A DNA stretch of 64,000 bases, from positions 384,001 to 448,000 of the forward strand of contig JBDRZU010000001.1 in NCBI GenBank assembly GCA_039804105.1, written 5' to 3'. Position 1 is the first letter of the stretch; each line of letters starts with the position of its first letter. Under the pieces are notes generated by a model. That model was given only the letters and a program-made list of their open reading frames with translations. It made no database searches and had not been told where the DNA came from. Made by a program: the position numbers and the translations under genes. Positions 29,858 to 40,127 of this stretch are shown here, piece by piece. Origin of the DNA: a candidate division WOR-3 bacterium (GTDB taxonomy: Bacteria; Hydrothermota; 32-111).

Positions 29858-31107
29858 ATCTTAAAATTTTTTTTATTTCCAACTATCGAAATATTCAATT
29901 TGTCGAACTTAAAATACTTTTTTGCAATTTCTTTAATATCTTCTGAACATACATTTTTGAATTTTTTTATAACCGAATTTACACTCTCGATTCTTTTTTT
30001 GTATAAAAAAGATTTTGCATTGAATCCCATCCTTCCAGAAAGAGAATCATAACTCATCACAACATTCGCAAGAATCTGGTTTTTTACTTTTTCCATCTCA
30101 TCTTTTTCAACCCCATAGCGTATGATGTTGGACATCTCATTTTCAATAATTCCCATAGTTTTCCTATAATTATCTGGAGAACAGACAAAATATATTCCAC
30201 TCATTCCAGATTCTTTGAAAATATCAACAAAAGAATAAACAGTATATACAAGTCCTTTTTCCTCTCTCAATTTTTTGAACAATCTTGATGACATTCCAAT
30301 ACCTAATATAGCAGAGAGTATCGTCAAAGGGAATCTCTCATCAGAATAATAGTTTTGAGTTTTGAAACCTAATGCAACATGAAATTGCTGTAAAGAATTT
30401 TTATAAACATAGATTTTTTGAGAAAAATTATCTTTGATTTTTATGTTATCATTTTTAACAGATTCACCATTCCTAAAATATTTTTTGTCGATTGATTCTT
30501 TGATATTTTTCGTAGTCAAAGGTCCAACATATGAATAGAAAGAGTTATCATTTACATAATTTTTTTCTATAAAGTTTAAAACATCGTTTCTCGTGATCGA
30601 TTTTATTATCTTCTCACTTCCAAGTATTGTCTTTTCAAAAGGAGAACCTTTAAAAACGATCCTGTTTAAATTTTCAAACACAAGATCTTCAGGATCATCT
30701 TCAGCTGATCTAATTTCTTCTATAACAACATTTTTTTCTTTTTCAAGTTCATCTTCAGTGATCAGAGGTTCAAAAAGCATCTCCTGAAAAATTGGAAGGA
30801 TCCTTTTAAAATTATCAGGTAAACATTTAAAGTAAAATGAGGTATGATCCCTTGCTGTGTAAGCATTTATTGTTCCACCATAATGTTCTATCAATCTTGA
30901 GATCTCATCAGCTTTTCTTTTTTTTGTTCCCTTAAAAATCAAATGTTCTGTAAGATGGCTTATTCCATTCAATCTCTCATTTTCATAATCAGATCCAACT
31001 CTCACATAATAACCAAAAATTAGAGAATGGAAGATTTTTATCTGTTCTCCAATAAAACTGACTCCATTCTCCAATTTTTCAGTTGAAATATTCTGTTTAA
31101 GATCCAT
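29854..31107 (-). CDS. M16-family zinc peptidase (start probably ATG 31107)
   Basis: GISHLTEHLIFKGT (HxxEH), INAYT, SSRLF..LRE.KGL.Y. Typical position after pnp. Confidence 0.92.
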   Translation of the reverse strand: MDLKQNISTEKLENGVSFIGEQIKIFHSLIFGYYVRVGSDYENERLNGISHLTEHLIFKGTKKRKADEISRLIEHYGGTINAYTARDHTSFYFKCLPDNFKRILPIFQEMLFEPLITEDELEKEKNVVIEEIRSAEDDPEDLVFENLNRIVFKGSPFEKTILGSEKIIKSITRNDVLNFIEKNYVNDNSFYSYVGPLTTKNIKESIDKKYFRNGESVKNDNIKIKDNFSQKIYVYKNSLQQFHVALGFKTQNYYSDERFPLTILSAILGIGMSSRLFKKLREEKGLVYTVYSFVDIFKESGMSGIYFVCSPDNYRKTMGIIENEMSNIIRYGVEKDEMEKVKNQILANVVMSYDSLSGRMGFNAKSFLYKKRIESVNSVIKKFKNVCSEDIKEIAKKYFKFDKLNISIVGNKKNFKI

Positions 31108-33262
31108 CTCTTCTATAATCCTTTCTTCCAAACTTTCTATAGTGGTGTTTTTCTTCATTTTTGTTTTGATCCTGATTTTTGTTTTCTATAAGGACTTTTC
31201 GTGAAACATTAACTTTACCATTTTCATCAACATTTATAACTTTAACTGAGACCTTATCCCCAACCTTCAAATGCTCATTTAGATCATTAATCCTTTCATG
31301 TGAGAACTGTGATATATGCATCAAAGCTTCTTTACCAGGTAAAAGTTCTATGAATGCACCAAAGTTGGTTATCTTGGTTACTTTACCTTCATAGATTTCT
31401 CCCATCTCAATATCTTTTACGAGTGATTCGATCATTCTTTTTGCTTCATCTCCACTTGCAAGATCCGTGGATGCGATCGTCACCTTTCCTGTATCATCTA
31501 TATCAACTTTTACACCAGTTTTTTCGATAATCGACCTTATCATCTTTCCACCAGGACCGATAACAAGCCCTATCTTATCTTTATCGATTGTAAACTGGAT
31601 CAACCTTGGAGCGTACTGTGATAACTGTTCTCTCGGCTTTGATATCGTTTTTTCCATTATATCGAGAATATGCTCTCTTCCCTCTTTCGCCTGATAGAAA
31701 CCTTTTCTAAGAATATCAATGGTTATACCCTCAATCTTTGTATCAAGTTGCAAACCAGTTATTCCTTCTCTTGTTCCAGCAACTTTAAAATCCATATCAC
31801 CATAATGATCCTCTTCACCCATTATGTCTGATAATATTACTGGATCATAACCTTCTTCAACTATGAGCCCCATAGCGATTCCGGCAACATGACATTTGAT
31901 TGGAACTCCAGCATCCATCAATGAAAGAGATCCAGAACACACTGAAGCCATGCTTGACGAACCATTTGATTCAAGTATTTCAGAGACGATTCTTATCGTA
32001 TATGGAAAAATTTCCTCAGAAGGTATAACTGCTTGGAGAGATTTTTCTGCAAGGAATCCATGCCCTATCTCTCTTCTTCCCGGACCTTTTAAAGGTGAAA
32101 CTTCTCCAACTGAAAAAGGTGGGAAGTTATAATGCAACATAAAAGATTTTTTAGATTCTCCTTCAAGATCTTCGATAACCTGTTCATCAGACGATGTTCC
32201 AAGAGTTAGACATGCAAGTGATTGTGTTTCACCTCTTGTGAAAAGTGCTGATCCGTGTGTTCTCGGCATAAGCCCGACTTCACAACTTATCTTTCTGATC
32301 TCTTTTGTTTTTCTTCCATCAAGTCGTATTCCCTCTTTCAAGATTCTTTCTCTTATCATTTCTTTCCTGTTATCCTCTATCAGTGATGGTATGACGTTAA
32401 CAAAATCTTCATATTCCTCTTTGAGATTTTCTACAACCTCTTTAATTAGTTTTTCAAATTCCTGATTTCTCTTCTGCTTTTCAAAAATATTGTTCAATAC
32501 TTTCAACCTCTCAGTTGTCATTTCCTTTATTTTATCCTTTAAATCCTGCGGGATAATGAAAGGTTCATATTCCATCTTTTTTACTTCGATCTGTTCTATG
32601 AGTTGTTTCTGGATATTTATAGATTCTCTTATTATGTTGTGTCCAAATTCTATAGCCCTCAACATATCCTCTTCTGAGACCTCATTTGCTGATGCTTCAA
32701 TCGTTGTAACAGTTGTCTCTGTTCCAGCAAGGACAAGTTCAAGATCAGCATCTTCAAGTTCATCAAAAGTTGGTGAATCAATCAGTTGACCATCAACAAG
32801 GGCAACCCTACAGGCACCTACGGGGCCATTGAAAGGTATATCCGAAATCATAAGTGCTGCTGATGCACCGATGACACCCAAAACATCAGTATCGATTTTT
32901 CCATCAGCGGAAAAGAGTGTTGCGATTATCTGTGTTTCATTTATGAAATCATCGGGAAAAAGTGGCCTTATAGGTCTATCGATCAATCTGCTTGCAAGGA
33001 TCTCTCGATCTCTTGGCTTACCTTCCCTCTTGAAAAATCCACCAGGAATCTTTCCAGTTGCGAAATATTTCTCTCTGTAATCAACAGTGAGAGGGAAAAA
33101 GTCCTGTCCCTCTTTTTTTGTTTTTGATGCAACTGCTGTTACAAGAAGAATGTTTTCATTCAATTTTACCACTACTGAACCGTTGGCCTGTTTTGCAAGT
33201 TTACCTGTTGAAATTTCCAAATTGAACCGACCATACGGCCCATTTGCTTTTTTTTCTTCCAT
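31097..33262 (-). CDS. pnp: Polyribonucleotide nucleotidyltransferase
   Basis: FFPLTVDY, RLIDRPIRPLF, RREIGHG, ESNGSSSMASVC, GDMDFKVAG, KH and S1 domains. Confidence 0.98.
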   Translation of the reverse strand: MEEKKANGPYGRFNLEISTGKLAKQANGSVVVKLNENILLVTAVASKTKKEGQDFFPLTVDYREKYFATGKIPGGFFKREGKPRDREILASRLIDRPIRPLFPDDFINETQIIATLFSADGKIDTDVLGVIGASAALMISDIPFNGPVGACRVALVDGQLIDSPTFDELEDADLELVLAGTETTVTTIEASANEVSEEDMLRAIEFGHNIIRESINIQKQLIEQIEVKKMEYEPFIIPQDLKDKIKEMTTERLKVLNNIFEKQKRNQEFEKLIKEVVENLKEEYEDFVNVIPSLIEDNRKEMIRERILKEGIRLDGRKTKEIRKISCEVGLMPRTHGSALFTRGETQSLACLTLGTSSDEQVIEDLEGESKKSFMLHYNFPPFSVGEVSPLKGPGRREIGHGFLAEKSLQAVIPSEEIFPYTIRIVSEILESNGSSSMASVCSGSLSLMDAGVPIKCHVAGIAMGLIVEEGYDPVILSDIMGEEDHYGDMDFKVAGTREGITGLQLDTKIEGITIDILRKGFYQAKEGREHILDIMEKTISKPREQLSQYAPRLIQFTIDKDKIGLVIGPGGKMIRSIIEKTGVKVDIDDTGKVTIASTDLASGDEAKRMIESLVKDIEMGEIYEGKVTKITNFGAFIELLPGKEALMHISQFSHERINDLNEHLKVGDKVSVKVINVDENGKVNVSRKVLIENKNQDQNKNEEKHHYRKFGRKDYRRDGS

Positions 33263-33274
33263 TCGTTACCCCTC

Positions 33275-33544
33275 TTATTTTCTTAAATTTAATTCTTTCA
33301 CTATCTTTTTATACCTTTCAAAATCCTTTTGCATAAGATAGTTTAACAATCTTTTTCTTTTACCAACCATTAAAAGAAGTCCTCTTCTTGAATGTATATC
33401 CTTTTTAAATTTTTTCAGATGTTCAGTCACCTGGTTGATCCTTTCAGTTAAAAGAGCGATTTGAACTTCTGGAGATCCTGTATCATTCTCTTTGATTGCA
33501 AACTTTTCAATGATCTCTTTTTTCTTTTCCTTTTTTAAAGCCAT
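33275..33544 (-). CDS. rpsO: 30S ribosomal protein S15
   Basis: [13 protein letters not shown]...[20 protein letters not shown]. Confidence 0.98.
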   Translation of the reverse strand: MALKKEKKKEIIEKFAIKENDTGSPEVQIALLTERINQVTEHLKKFKKDIHSRRGLLLMVGKRKRLLNYLMQKDFERYKKIVKELNLRK

Positions 33545-34473
33545 AATTCCTCCTTTAAATTTTTTATTTCTTCTTTATCTTTTTTTAACTGCTCTATTAG
33601 TTCATTTTCTCCTGGGAATTTTACTTCGTCTCTTAACCTTTTTATAAAGTGTATTTTCAAAGTTTTGTTATAAAGATTTTCATTAAAATCAAGTATATGA
33701 ACTTCAAGAGATAATTTTTCATCAAAAGTCGGCCGTTTCCCAACATTCATCATTCCTTTATATTTTTTACCTTCATATATTACCAATACAGCGTAAACTC
33801 CATTTTGAGGCATAATCTTTATCTTTTCATCAAATTCGATGTTTGCTGTTGGGAATCCAAGGATTGCACCTCTTCCTTCTCCTCTAACAACAACACCTTT
33901 TACAAAATATTTGTATCCTAAAAATTTATTCGCCTCTTCAATGTTCCCAAATTTTATGAATTTTCTGATTATCGAACTTGAAATAATCTGTGCATCTTCA
34001 ACTTCAGGTTCAACTAATTCAAATTTTATTCTTTCCTTCAAAAGTATTGACCTCAATTTTACAATATCCCCTTTTCTGTTGTTTCCAAAATGTGTATCGT
34101 ATCCAACAACAAATGTTGAAGGTGCAAGGCGGTTTATTATTATTTTTTCAACAAAATCATCGGCCGAAATCTGCGCGAAATTTTTATCAAAAGGAATTAT
34201 CAAAAGATTGTCAACAAGGTTTGAAGTTTCAAACATATAAAGTTTATCTTCAAGTGTTGTTAAAAGAAAATTTTCTTTGATACCTTCGAGAACTATTCGC
34301 GGATGAGGTTCAAAAGTGATTACAAGATTTTCTTTCCCTTCTCTTTTTGAAATTTTAGATAAATTTTCCAAAACCTTTTTGTGTCCCTTATGAATTCCAT
34401 CAAAAGAACCGATCGTGATAACTTTTCCTTTTAAACTATCATCGACTTTATTCAATCCATAAAATATGTTCAT
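33535..34473 (-). CDS. ribF: Bifunctional riboflavin kinase/FAD synthetase
   Basis: [41 protein letters not shown]. Confidence 0.96.
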   Translation of the reverse strand: MNIFYGLNKVDDSLKGKVITIGSFDGIHKGHKKVLENLSKISKREGKENLVITFEPHPRIVLEGIKENFLLTTLEDKLYMFETSNLVDNLLIIPFDKNFAQISADDFVEKIIINRLAPSTFVVGYDTHFGNNRKGDIVKLRSILLKERIKFELVEPEVEDAQIISSSIIRKFIKFGNIEEANKFLGYKYFVKGVVVRGEGRGAILGFPTANIEFDEKIKIMPQNGVYAVLVIYEGKKYKGMMNVGKRPTFDEKLSLEVHILDFNENLYNKTLKIHFIKRLRDEVKFPGENELIEQLKKDKEEIKNLKEELWL

Positions 34474-35336
34474 ACAATACACCTTTTTGGATAGATAAAA
34501 CCATCCTTATTTTCAGCAACAATATAATTTTTTTCATATTTTACAAGAAGTAATTTTTTGTCAAAATTATTTTTCAACTTCAAAAAATTACCATTCTTTA
34601 AAATATTAAAATCTTTTCGATCAACTTCGAGGGTATCCATTATTTCTTTTACAATTTCCTCCAGTTTTTTCGAATCTTCAATTTTTATATCATCTATTTT
34701 TTTTGCATCCCCTATTTTAAAAAATCCATTTTCCAATCTTCTCAACTTTACAACAGTTCCATAGGTATCAAGTTTCTCACCAATTTCTTTTGCAAATGAT
34801 CTGACATAAAACCCCTTTTTGACCCTTAATTGAATATTAAGATTTTTTCCATCAAAATAGATTATCTTGAAATCCTTCATAAAAACCTTTTTTCTTTTTT
34901 CTTCAAACATTATTCCTTTTCTTGCAAGGTTATACGCTCTTTCTCCTTGTATTTTCACAGCCGAATATTTTGGAACCATTTGCAATTGTTCACCGAGAAA
35001 AAAGTTCTTTATAACTTTTTCTACATCTTTTTCATGAATTTTTATTTTTTGATTTTTTCTTTCGACTATTTTTCCTGTAACATCAAGAGTATCAGTCAAA
35101 ATACCGAACTCTATCAACGCATCATAAACCTTATCACAATCTTCCAAAAATCTTATAAGTTTTGTGAAATTCCCTGAAAAAAGGGGTAACACACCTGAGG
35201 CAAAAGGATCAAGAGTTCCGAGAAAACCAACTTTTTTTTCTTTGAAAATACTTCTGAATCTTTTAACTATTTCAAACGATGTTAAACCTTCTTCCTTGTC
35301 TATGTTGAATATTAGATCGATCGTAGTGTTCACCAC
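34470..35336 (-). CDS. truB: tRNA pseudouridine(55) synthase
   Basis: GTLDPFASGVL, TDTLD..G, PKYSAVK..G.R.Y.LAR, KGFYVRS. Confidence 0.93.
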   Translation of the reverse strand: MVNTTIDLIFNIDKEEGLTSFEIVKRFRSIFKEKKVGFLGTLDPFASGVLPLFSGNFTKLIRFLEDCDKVYDALIEFGILTDTLDVTGKIVERKNQKIKIHEKDVEKVIKNFFLGEQLQMVPKYSAVKIQGERAYNLARKGIMFEEKRKKVFMKDFKIIYFDGKNLNIQLRVKKGFYVRSFAKEIGEKLDTYGTVVKLRRLENGFFKIGDAKKIDDIKIEDSKKLEEIVKEIMDTLEVDRKDFNILKNGNFLKLKNNFDKKLLLVKYEKNYIVAENKDGFIYPKRCIV

Positions 35337-36412
35337 CTGAAACCGATTGAGATTCTGTAGTTTGAAGTTTCAAAATCGTATATATCAGAATCTATACCAA
35401 GATCAAGTCTGAAACTGTTTTTCACCATGATTCCACCACCGAAAGTGAATCCCATCCTTTGCCCATAATAATCAAGAAAATATCCCAACCTTAAAGACAG
35501 AAGATTGTAATAGGTGTATTCAATTCCAGCACCAAGCCAGGTGTCAAGAAATTCAGCTTCGAGTAGTGAAAGAGTATCTTCACTCTCTGGGTTACTCATA
35601 TTTTCATACTTTTCAAGGATTCTTGACAGTTCAAAGGTGAAATCTGATTTTGAAAGTGAATCGAGTTGTATTCCAGCAATAACTTTTGTCAGATCTGTTG
35701 TAAAAATCAACTTGTTCAACTCATTCTGTATAATCGTTTGAGCAAATCCGATCCTAAGAGTTCTCGGAAGATCATCCACTGAACCATCAGCAATGTATTT
35801 GAGTCCAGGACCGAGATTTGAAAGAGAAACACCAATAGATGTTTTTTCACCAAACTTTTTCAAAAATCCAAAATCCAAAGCAACAGATTGTCCCTGCCCT
35901 CCTCTTTCTTCTCCTATATATTTCTGAATTATCCAATCAGGTGCTAAAAAAGAGTAGATGAATTTGCCTGTTACTCCCAACGACATATCATTTTTGATCC
36001 TGTAGGAATATGAAAGTGATAAAGCAAAATCAAAAGTTGTCCATACTGCGGTTGGGTCATTGTTTTCCTCAGCTGACATCTCTCCAGCTGTAAGATAAAT
36101 TATACTTCCACCCCAAACACCATAATTTGTTGGAATAACAGCTGAAAGAAATTCATAATACATATCATTCCCAAGGGCTGTAAGCCATGGAGAATGCATA
36201 AGCACTATATCTTTCTTTTCCTGCAAACCCATCCCTGCAGGGTTGTAATACGTAGCGAGTGCATCATCAGATAACGCAGTATAAGAGTTTCCCAGAGAAA
36301 CTGCCCTTGAACCGGGATAAATAAGTAAAAAAACTGCACCTGCCTGGGAGGCGGTTGAAAAGATAAGTACATATGTAAAGAGCAAAATTATAATTATTAA
36401 AATTTTTTTCAT
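35330..36412 (-). CDS. PorV/PorQ family outer-membrane protein (start probably ATG 36412)
   Basis: FLLIYPGSRAVSLG...DDALATYYNPAG, HSPWL, SNLGP, LP..LR.G, GIEY, LRLGY, ISIGFRW. Confidence 0.88.
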   Translation of the reverse strand: MKKILIIIILLFTYVLIFSTASQAGAVFLLIYPGSRAVSLGNSYTALSDDALATYYNPAGMGLQEKKDIVLMHSPWLTALGNDMYYEFLSAVIPTNYGVWGGSIIYLTAGEMSAEENNDPTAVWTTFDFALSLSYSYRIKNDMSLGVTGKFIYSFLAPDWIIQKYIGEERGGQGQSVALDFGFLKKFGEKTSIGVSLSNLGPGLKYIADGSVDDLPRTLRIGFAQTIIQNELNKLIFTTDLTKVIAGIQLDSLSKSDFTFELSRILEKYENMSNPESEDTLSLLEAEFLDTWLGAGIEYTYYNLLSLRLGYFLDYYGQRMGFTFGGGIMVKNSFRLDLGIDSDIYDFETSNYRISIGFRW

Positions 36413-36470
36413 CTTCACTCCTAATATTTTATATTAGGATAATAATTGAATAATAATGTGATGTCAATAG

Positions 36471-36662
36471 TTAAACAACTTTTTGAACTGAACCTGAACG
36501 AAGACATCTTGAGCAAACATAGATATATTTAATTTTATTATCTACTTTTGCTTTTACTCTCCTTAAATTCGGCATCCTTTTTTTCTTTGTCACATTGTGC
36601 GCATGTGAAATATTTGAGCCAAACTGTGGTCCTTTTCCGCAAACTTCACATCTATTAGCCAT
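36471..36662 (-). CDS. rpmB: 50S ribosomal protein L28
   Basis: CEVCGK..FG.NISHAH...PNL...VCSRCLRS. Confidence 0.97.
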   Translation of the reverse strand: MANRCEVCGKGPQFGSNISHAHNVTKKKRMPNLRRVKAKVDNKIKYIYVCSRCLRSGSVQKVV

Positions 36663-36817
36663 TTAGTTTCTCCTTTTTTTTGGTGAAGTATACCATATTA
36701 AGTGAAAAAATCAATAGGTTAAAAAATTAGTTTCAAATAAAGACAGGTGTAAAATAAAATTTACTTTTTGACCTCTTAATAAAATATCAAATTATGTTTT
36801 TAGTGTAATTTAAAATT

Positions 36818-36834
36818 TGGCACGATAATTGATT
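36818..36834 (+). promoter_or_regulatory. Putative sigma54 (-24/-12) promoter
   Basis: TGGCACG-ATAA-TTGAT matches TGGCACG-N4-TTGC(W) except C>A at -12. It lies about 27 nt before the ATG of the 36861 gene. Confidence 0.6.
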
Positions 36835-36860
36835 ATAGTTATTGAAAAAAAGGAGGTATT

Positions 36861-37361
36861 ATGAAAAAACTTTTAACAGTTTCACTCTTCATACTTCTTG
36901 CAAGTATAACCGTTTTAGCTGATAAAAATGATGCTGAATTTCTTGATTATAATATTAAATCCCAACCTGATATTCATAGAAACTATATAATTCCACCCCA
37001 ACCCGTTTTACCTGATGATAACAATTCAACTCAATTAAATTCCCTCCCCGAAAACCATAGAAACTACATAATTCCACCTCAACCTGTTCTTCCTGAAGAT
37101 GAAAATTCAGTTCAATTAAAATCGTCTCCTGATAAAAGAAGACACAATATTATTCCACCAAATCCAGTGAATCCTCAAAATCCTATAACATTCTCAAAGA
37201 CAATAGATCTTAAAAATCTTGGGGAGTTTGAAATACAGATTTACAACCTGAACGGTGAAAGAGTTAATAATAATTTGAACTCTCTTCCGACAGGCAAATA
37301 TTTACTACTTTTGAAAAATGGTAAAAATATTTTTAAAGAGAAAATAGTGATTTTAAAATAA
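36861..37361 (+). CDS. Small secreted protein with three 27-aa Pro-rich repeats and a T9SS-type C-terminal domain
   Basis: AGGAGG RBS, signal peptide, HRNYIIPPQPVLP x2 plus RHNIIPPNPVNP, then IYNLNGERV...LPTGKYLL...KIVILK. Confidence 0.8.
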   Translation: MKKLLTVSLFILLASITVLADKNDAEFLDYNIKSQPDIHRNYIIPPQPVLPDDNNSTQLNSLPENHRNYIIPPQPVLPEDENSVQLKSSPDKRRHNIIPPNPVNPQNPITFSKTIDLKNLGEFEIQIYNLNGERVNNNLNSLPTGKYLLLLKNGKNIFKEKIVILK

Positions 37362-37393
37362 TACCATCTCTTTATAAAACCTCATCTCTCCTT

Positions 37394-37425
37394 TCAAAAA
37401 ACCCCAAACCTTTGGGGTTTTTTGA
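37394..37425. terminator. Bidirectional rho-independent terminator
   Basis: Perfect inverted repeat TCAAAAAACCCCAAA-CC-TTTGGGGTTTTTTGA between convergent genes. Confidence 0.85.
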
Positions 37426-37426
37426 T

Positions 37427-38680
37427 TTAAAGAAATTTTTTTCTTTTGAAAAACCTTTCAAGCTCTTTTCCTGTAATTATATAATCTGTGTTGAATATAT
37501 AAACAAGAATAATAACTAAAATTATGAAAAAGAATAGATTATATAGTATTCCATAAAAAACCATTTTATATTGATCAAAAAATAAAAGTTTCATCGTCAT
37601 CATCGGATGTGAAAACGGTATTAAAAAAACTATTGTTCTAAAAGGCCAAGATAAAGTATCAAAATCTTTAAACATCGTTAAAAACATAGGTATTATTGCA
37701 AGTATTGAAACCGGCATTGTTAATGTCTGAGCCGACTTGTAATCTTTCGCAAAAAGTCCAAGCAACAAACACATCGAAAGTCCGGATAACAATGATAGAA
37801 ATATTGAAAGACCTATCAAAATATAATCTGAAAAATAAAAAACTTTGAAATCAGGCATGTATGAAATATTTTCAGAAAAACCTTTCATATAATTATAAAA
37901 CCCTGTCATATAGATTGAAGCCATTACCATTCCAACAATTCCACCACCTATTATTTTCCCAAGAACGATATCTCTTCTTTCAACTGGCATCGTAAGAAGT
38001 GTCTCAAGTGTTTTATTCTCTTTTTCCATACCCATCGATGATATTATCATTCCTCCAGACATCACCAGAAGCATCATAATTATCACAGGGACAAAATTCG
38101 TCTGATTCCCAAGAAAGGAATATAAAGTTTTTGGGCTAACATTTTTAAAAGTTTTTTCTTTAACTTTTAAATCTTGTGTTTTAATTGTAAATGGATCGAG
38201 AATATTTTCTTTTTTTATGCCTTCTTCGATCAAAAGGTATTTAGATAGATCATTCTTGGAATATATAAGACACTTTTCAATTACATCTGAAGACATAAAA
38301 TCGAAAAGTCCCGTTCCTTTCAAAATCCACTCAACTTTTAACTCTCCTTTTTCTCCTTTCAAAACTGCATTCTTGAATCCTTTCTCAATAATGATTATAG
38401 CCCCACCTTCTTTTTTTAATATTTCCAATTGATCATTAAAACTCTTTTTTTCCAATTCACCTTTTGAATATTTTAAAATAAAATCAGAAAATTTCTTTGA
38501 AATTTCTGTTGAATCTTTATCAATAATTACTATATTAGCATTATTGATCTCTGCGTTTTTTTCAGCATTCGAAACATATTTACCTATATAACCTAACACA
38601 AAAGATACAAAGATTAGTGAAATTATTGTCGACTTATTTAAAAGTTCCTTTATCTCTTTTTTTATAATGTTAAGAATCAT
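37427..38680 (-). CDS. ABC-2 type exporter permease (NatB-like)
   Basis: IIKKEIKE, EKENKTLETLLTMPV.R..IV.GK, AKDYKSAQ. Confidence 0.88.
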   Translation of the reverse strand: MILNIIKKEIKELLNKSTIISLIFVSFVLGYIGKYVSNAEKNAEINNANIVIIDKDSTEISKKFSDFILKYSKGELEKKSFNDQLEILKKEGGAIIIIEKGFKNAVLKGEKGELKVEWILKGTGLFDFMSSDVIEKCLIYSKNDLSKYLLIEEGIKKENILDPFTIKTQDLKVKEKTFKNVSPKTLYSFLGNQTNFVPVIIMMLLVMSGGMIISSMGMEKENKTLETLLTMPVERRDIVLGKIIGGGIVGMVMASIYMTGFYNYMKGFSENISYMPDFKVFYFSDYILIGLSIFLSLLSGLSMCLLLGLFAKDYKSAQTLTMPVSILAIIPMFLTMFKDFDTLSWPFRTIVFLIPFSHPMMTMKLLFFDQYKMVFYGILYNLFFFIILVIILVYIFNTDYIITGKELERFFKRKKFL

Positions 38681-39399
38681 CTTTTTTCTCCAACAACTTT
38701 TACAAATATTTTTTCAATATTCTCAGCATTATATTTTTCTTTTAATTTTTTTATACTACCACTTTCAACAATAATCCCCTCATTTATCAGTGATATTCGA
38801 TCACACAGGTAATCGACCTCAAGCATATTGTGAGATGAAACTATAAAGGTTGTCCCCTCTTTTGCTTTTTGTTTTATAATATTTCTGATCTGTGTTGCAT
38901 TGATAACATCAAGTCCAGAGGTCGGCTCGTCAAGTATCGCAAGTTTTGGTTCTATCATTAAACTTCGTGCTATCAAAAGCCTTCTTATCATCCCTTTAGA
39001 ATATGTATCGATCTTATCGTTTAACCTATCTTTCAAAGATGAAATTTCTATTCCATATTCAAGAGTTTTTTCGATATCTCTTCCATCTTTAAAAAAATTT
39101 ACAAAAAATTTTAAGTAATCAATTCCTTTCAGATTTTTGTAAGCACCAGCATCTTCTGGTAGATAGGAGATTATCTTTTTTATTTCCATCTTTTTCGAAA
39201 TATCATATCCAAAGATTTCTACATTTCCTTCACTTTTATTCAGAATAGTCGAAAGTATTCTAAGACATGTAGATTTCCCCGCTCCATTTGGACCTATCAA
39301 ACCAAAAATTTCACCCTGATTAACTTCGAAGTTGATCCCTTTCAACGCCTGTACTTTTCCAAAATTTTTTTTCAAATTTTCTACTTTAACCACAACCAT
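38677..39399 (-). CDS. ABC exporter ATP-binding protein (NatA-like)
   Basis: GPNGAGKST, YSKGM, LDEPTSGLD, SSH. Confidence 0.92.
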   Translation of the reverse strand: MVVVKVENLKKNFGKVQALKGINFEVNQGEIFGLIGPNGAGKSTCLRILSTILNKSEGNVEIFGYDISKKMEIKKIISYLPEDAGAYKNLKGIDYLKFFVNFFKDGRDIEKTLEYGIEISSLKDRLNDKIDTYSKGMIRRLLIARSLMIEPKLAILDEPTSGLDVINATQIRNIIKQKAKEGTTFIVSSHNMLEVDYLCDRISLINEGIIVESGSIKKLKEKYNAENIEKIFVKVVGEKR

Positions 39400-39401
39400 A
39401 C

Positions 39402-39941
39402 TTAATCATCTGTATTATTTTTCAATAGTACAAAGAATAAAAGAAGTGAAACTCCAACCGAACCGATACAACCTATACTTCGTTCAAATAAAACAATTAA
39501 ATTTTTATAAGTTTTTTTTATATCTTTATTTGAATAATCATAATATGGAATAAAAATTATTGAGAATAAACTGAGTAAACTTGAAAGTGTAATTAGAGTT
39601 ATAAAAATTGGAACACCGATTTGACCTAAAGAGTTGATAATAGTTTTACTCTGTCCTAAAGTAAAAATTACTTCAAATATTCCTACAACCAAAATAAAAA
39701 CAAATCCAACAAAAGATAACACTATTGAACCAGTAACAGGTGATCCAAGACAACATCCAAAAAGCAGGTTATCCTTTGCAACATTTAAGTTATTTGAAAG
39801 AGGTGAAATTTCTATACAGCAGAAAGGTTTTTTATTTAAACTTTTTTCTTTGAAATTCAAACTATCAGATTGTTCTGTTTGGGGAAAGATCGAAAGTGAT
39901 GTTAAAGACAAAATTAAAAAAATTATAATAAATTTTTTCAT
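39402..39941 (-). CDS. Hypothetical membrane protein with signal peptide
   Basis: MKKFIIIFLIL signal and about three hydrophobic segments; abuts the ABC ATPase. Confidence 0.6.
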   Translation of the reverse strand: MKKFIIIFLILSLTSLSIFPQTEQSDSLNFKEKSLNKKPFCCIEISPLSNNLNVAKDNLLFGCCLGSPVTGSIVLSFVGFVFILVVGIFEVIFTLGQSKTIINSLGQIGVPIFITLITLSSLLSLFSIIFIPYYDYSNKDIKKTYKNLIVLFERSIGCIGSVGVSLLLFFVLLKNNTDD

Positions 39942-40127
39942 TATTTATTTTGATTTTACTCCATTTTCCTTTAATGTCAATCATTATTTTCATATTTTGG
40001 GGACGGTGCTTGACTTTTTGACATTTTTTGGTAAATCCCTGTTTTAAATATAGTTATCACGACACTTTTGATTTCAAAAATGATTTGAATTTTTGATGTA
40101 ACTAGGCATCAATAAATCTATATTTGT

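Noticed and set aside
29432..35336. truB-ribF-rpsO-pnp-M16 peptidase-dut string
   Set aside because: Common housekeeping synteny.
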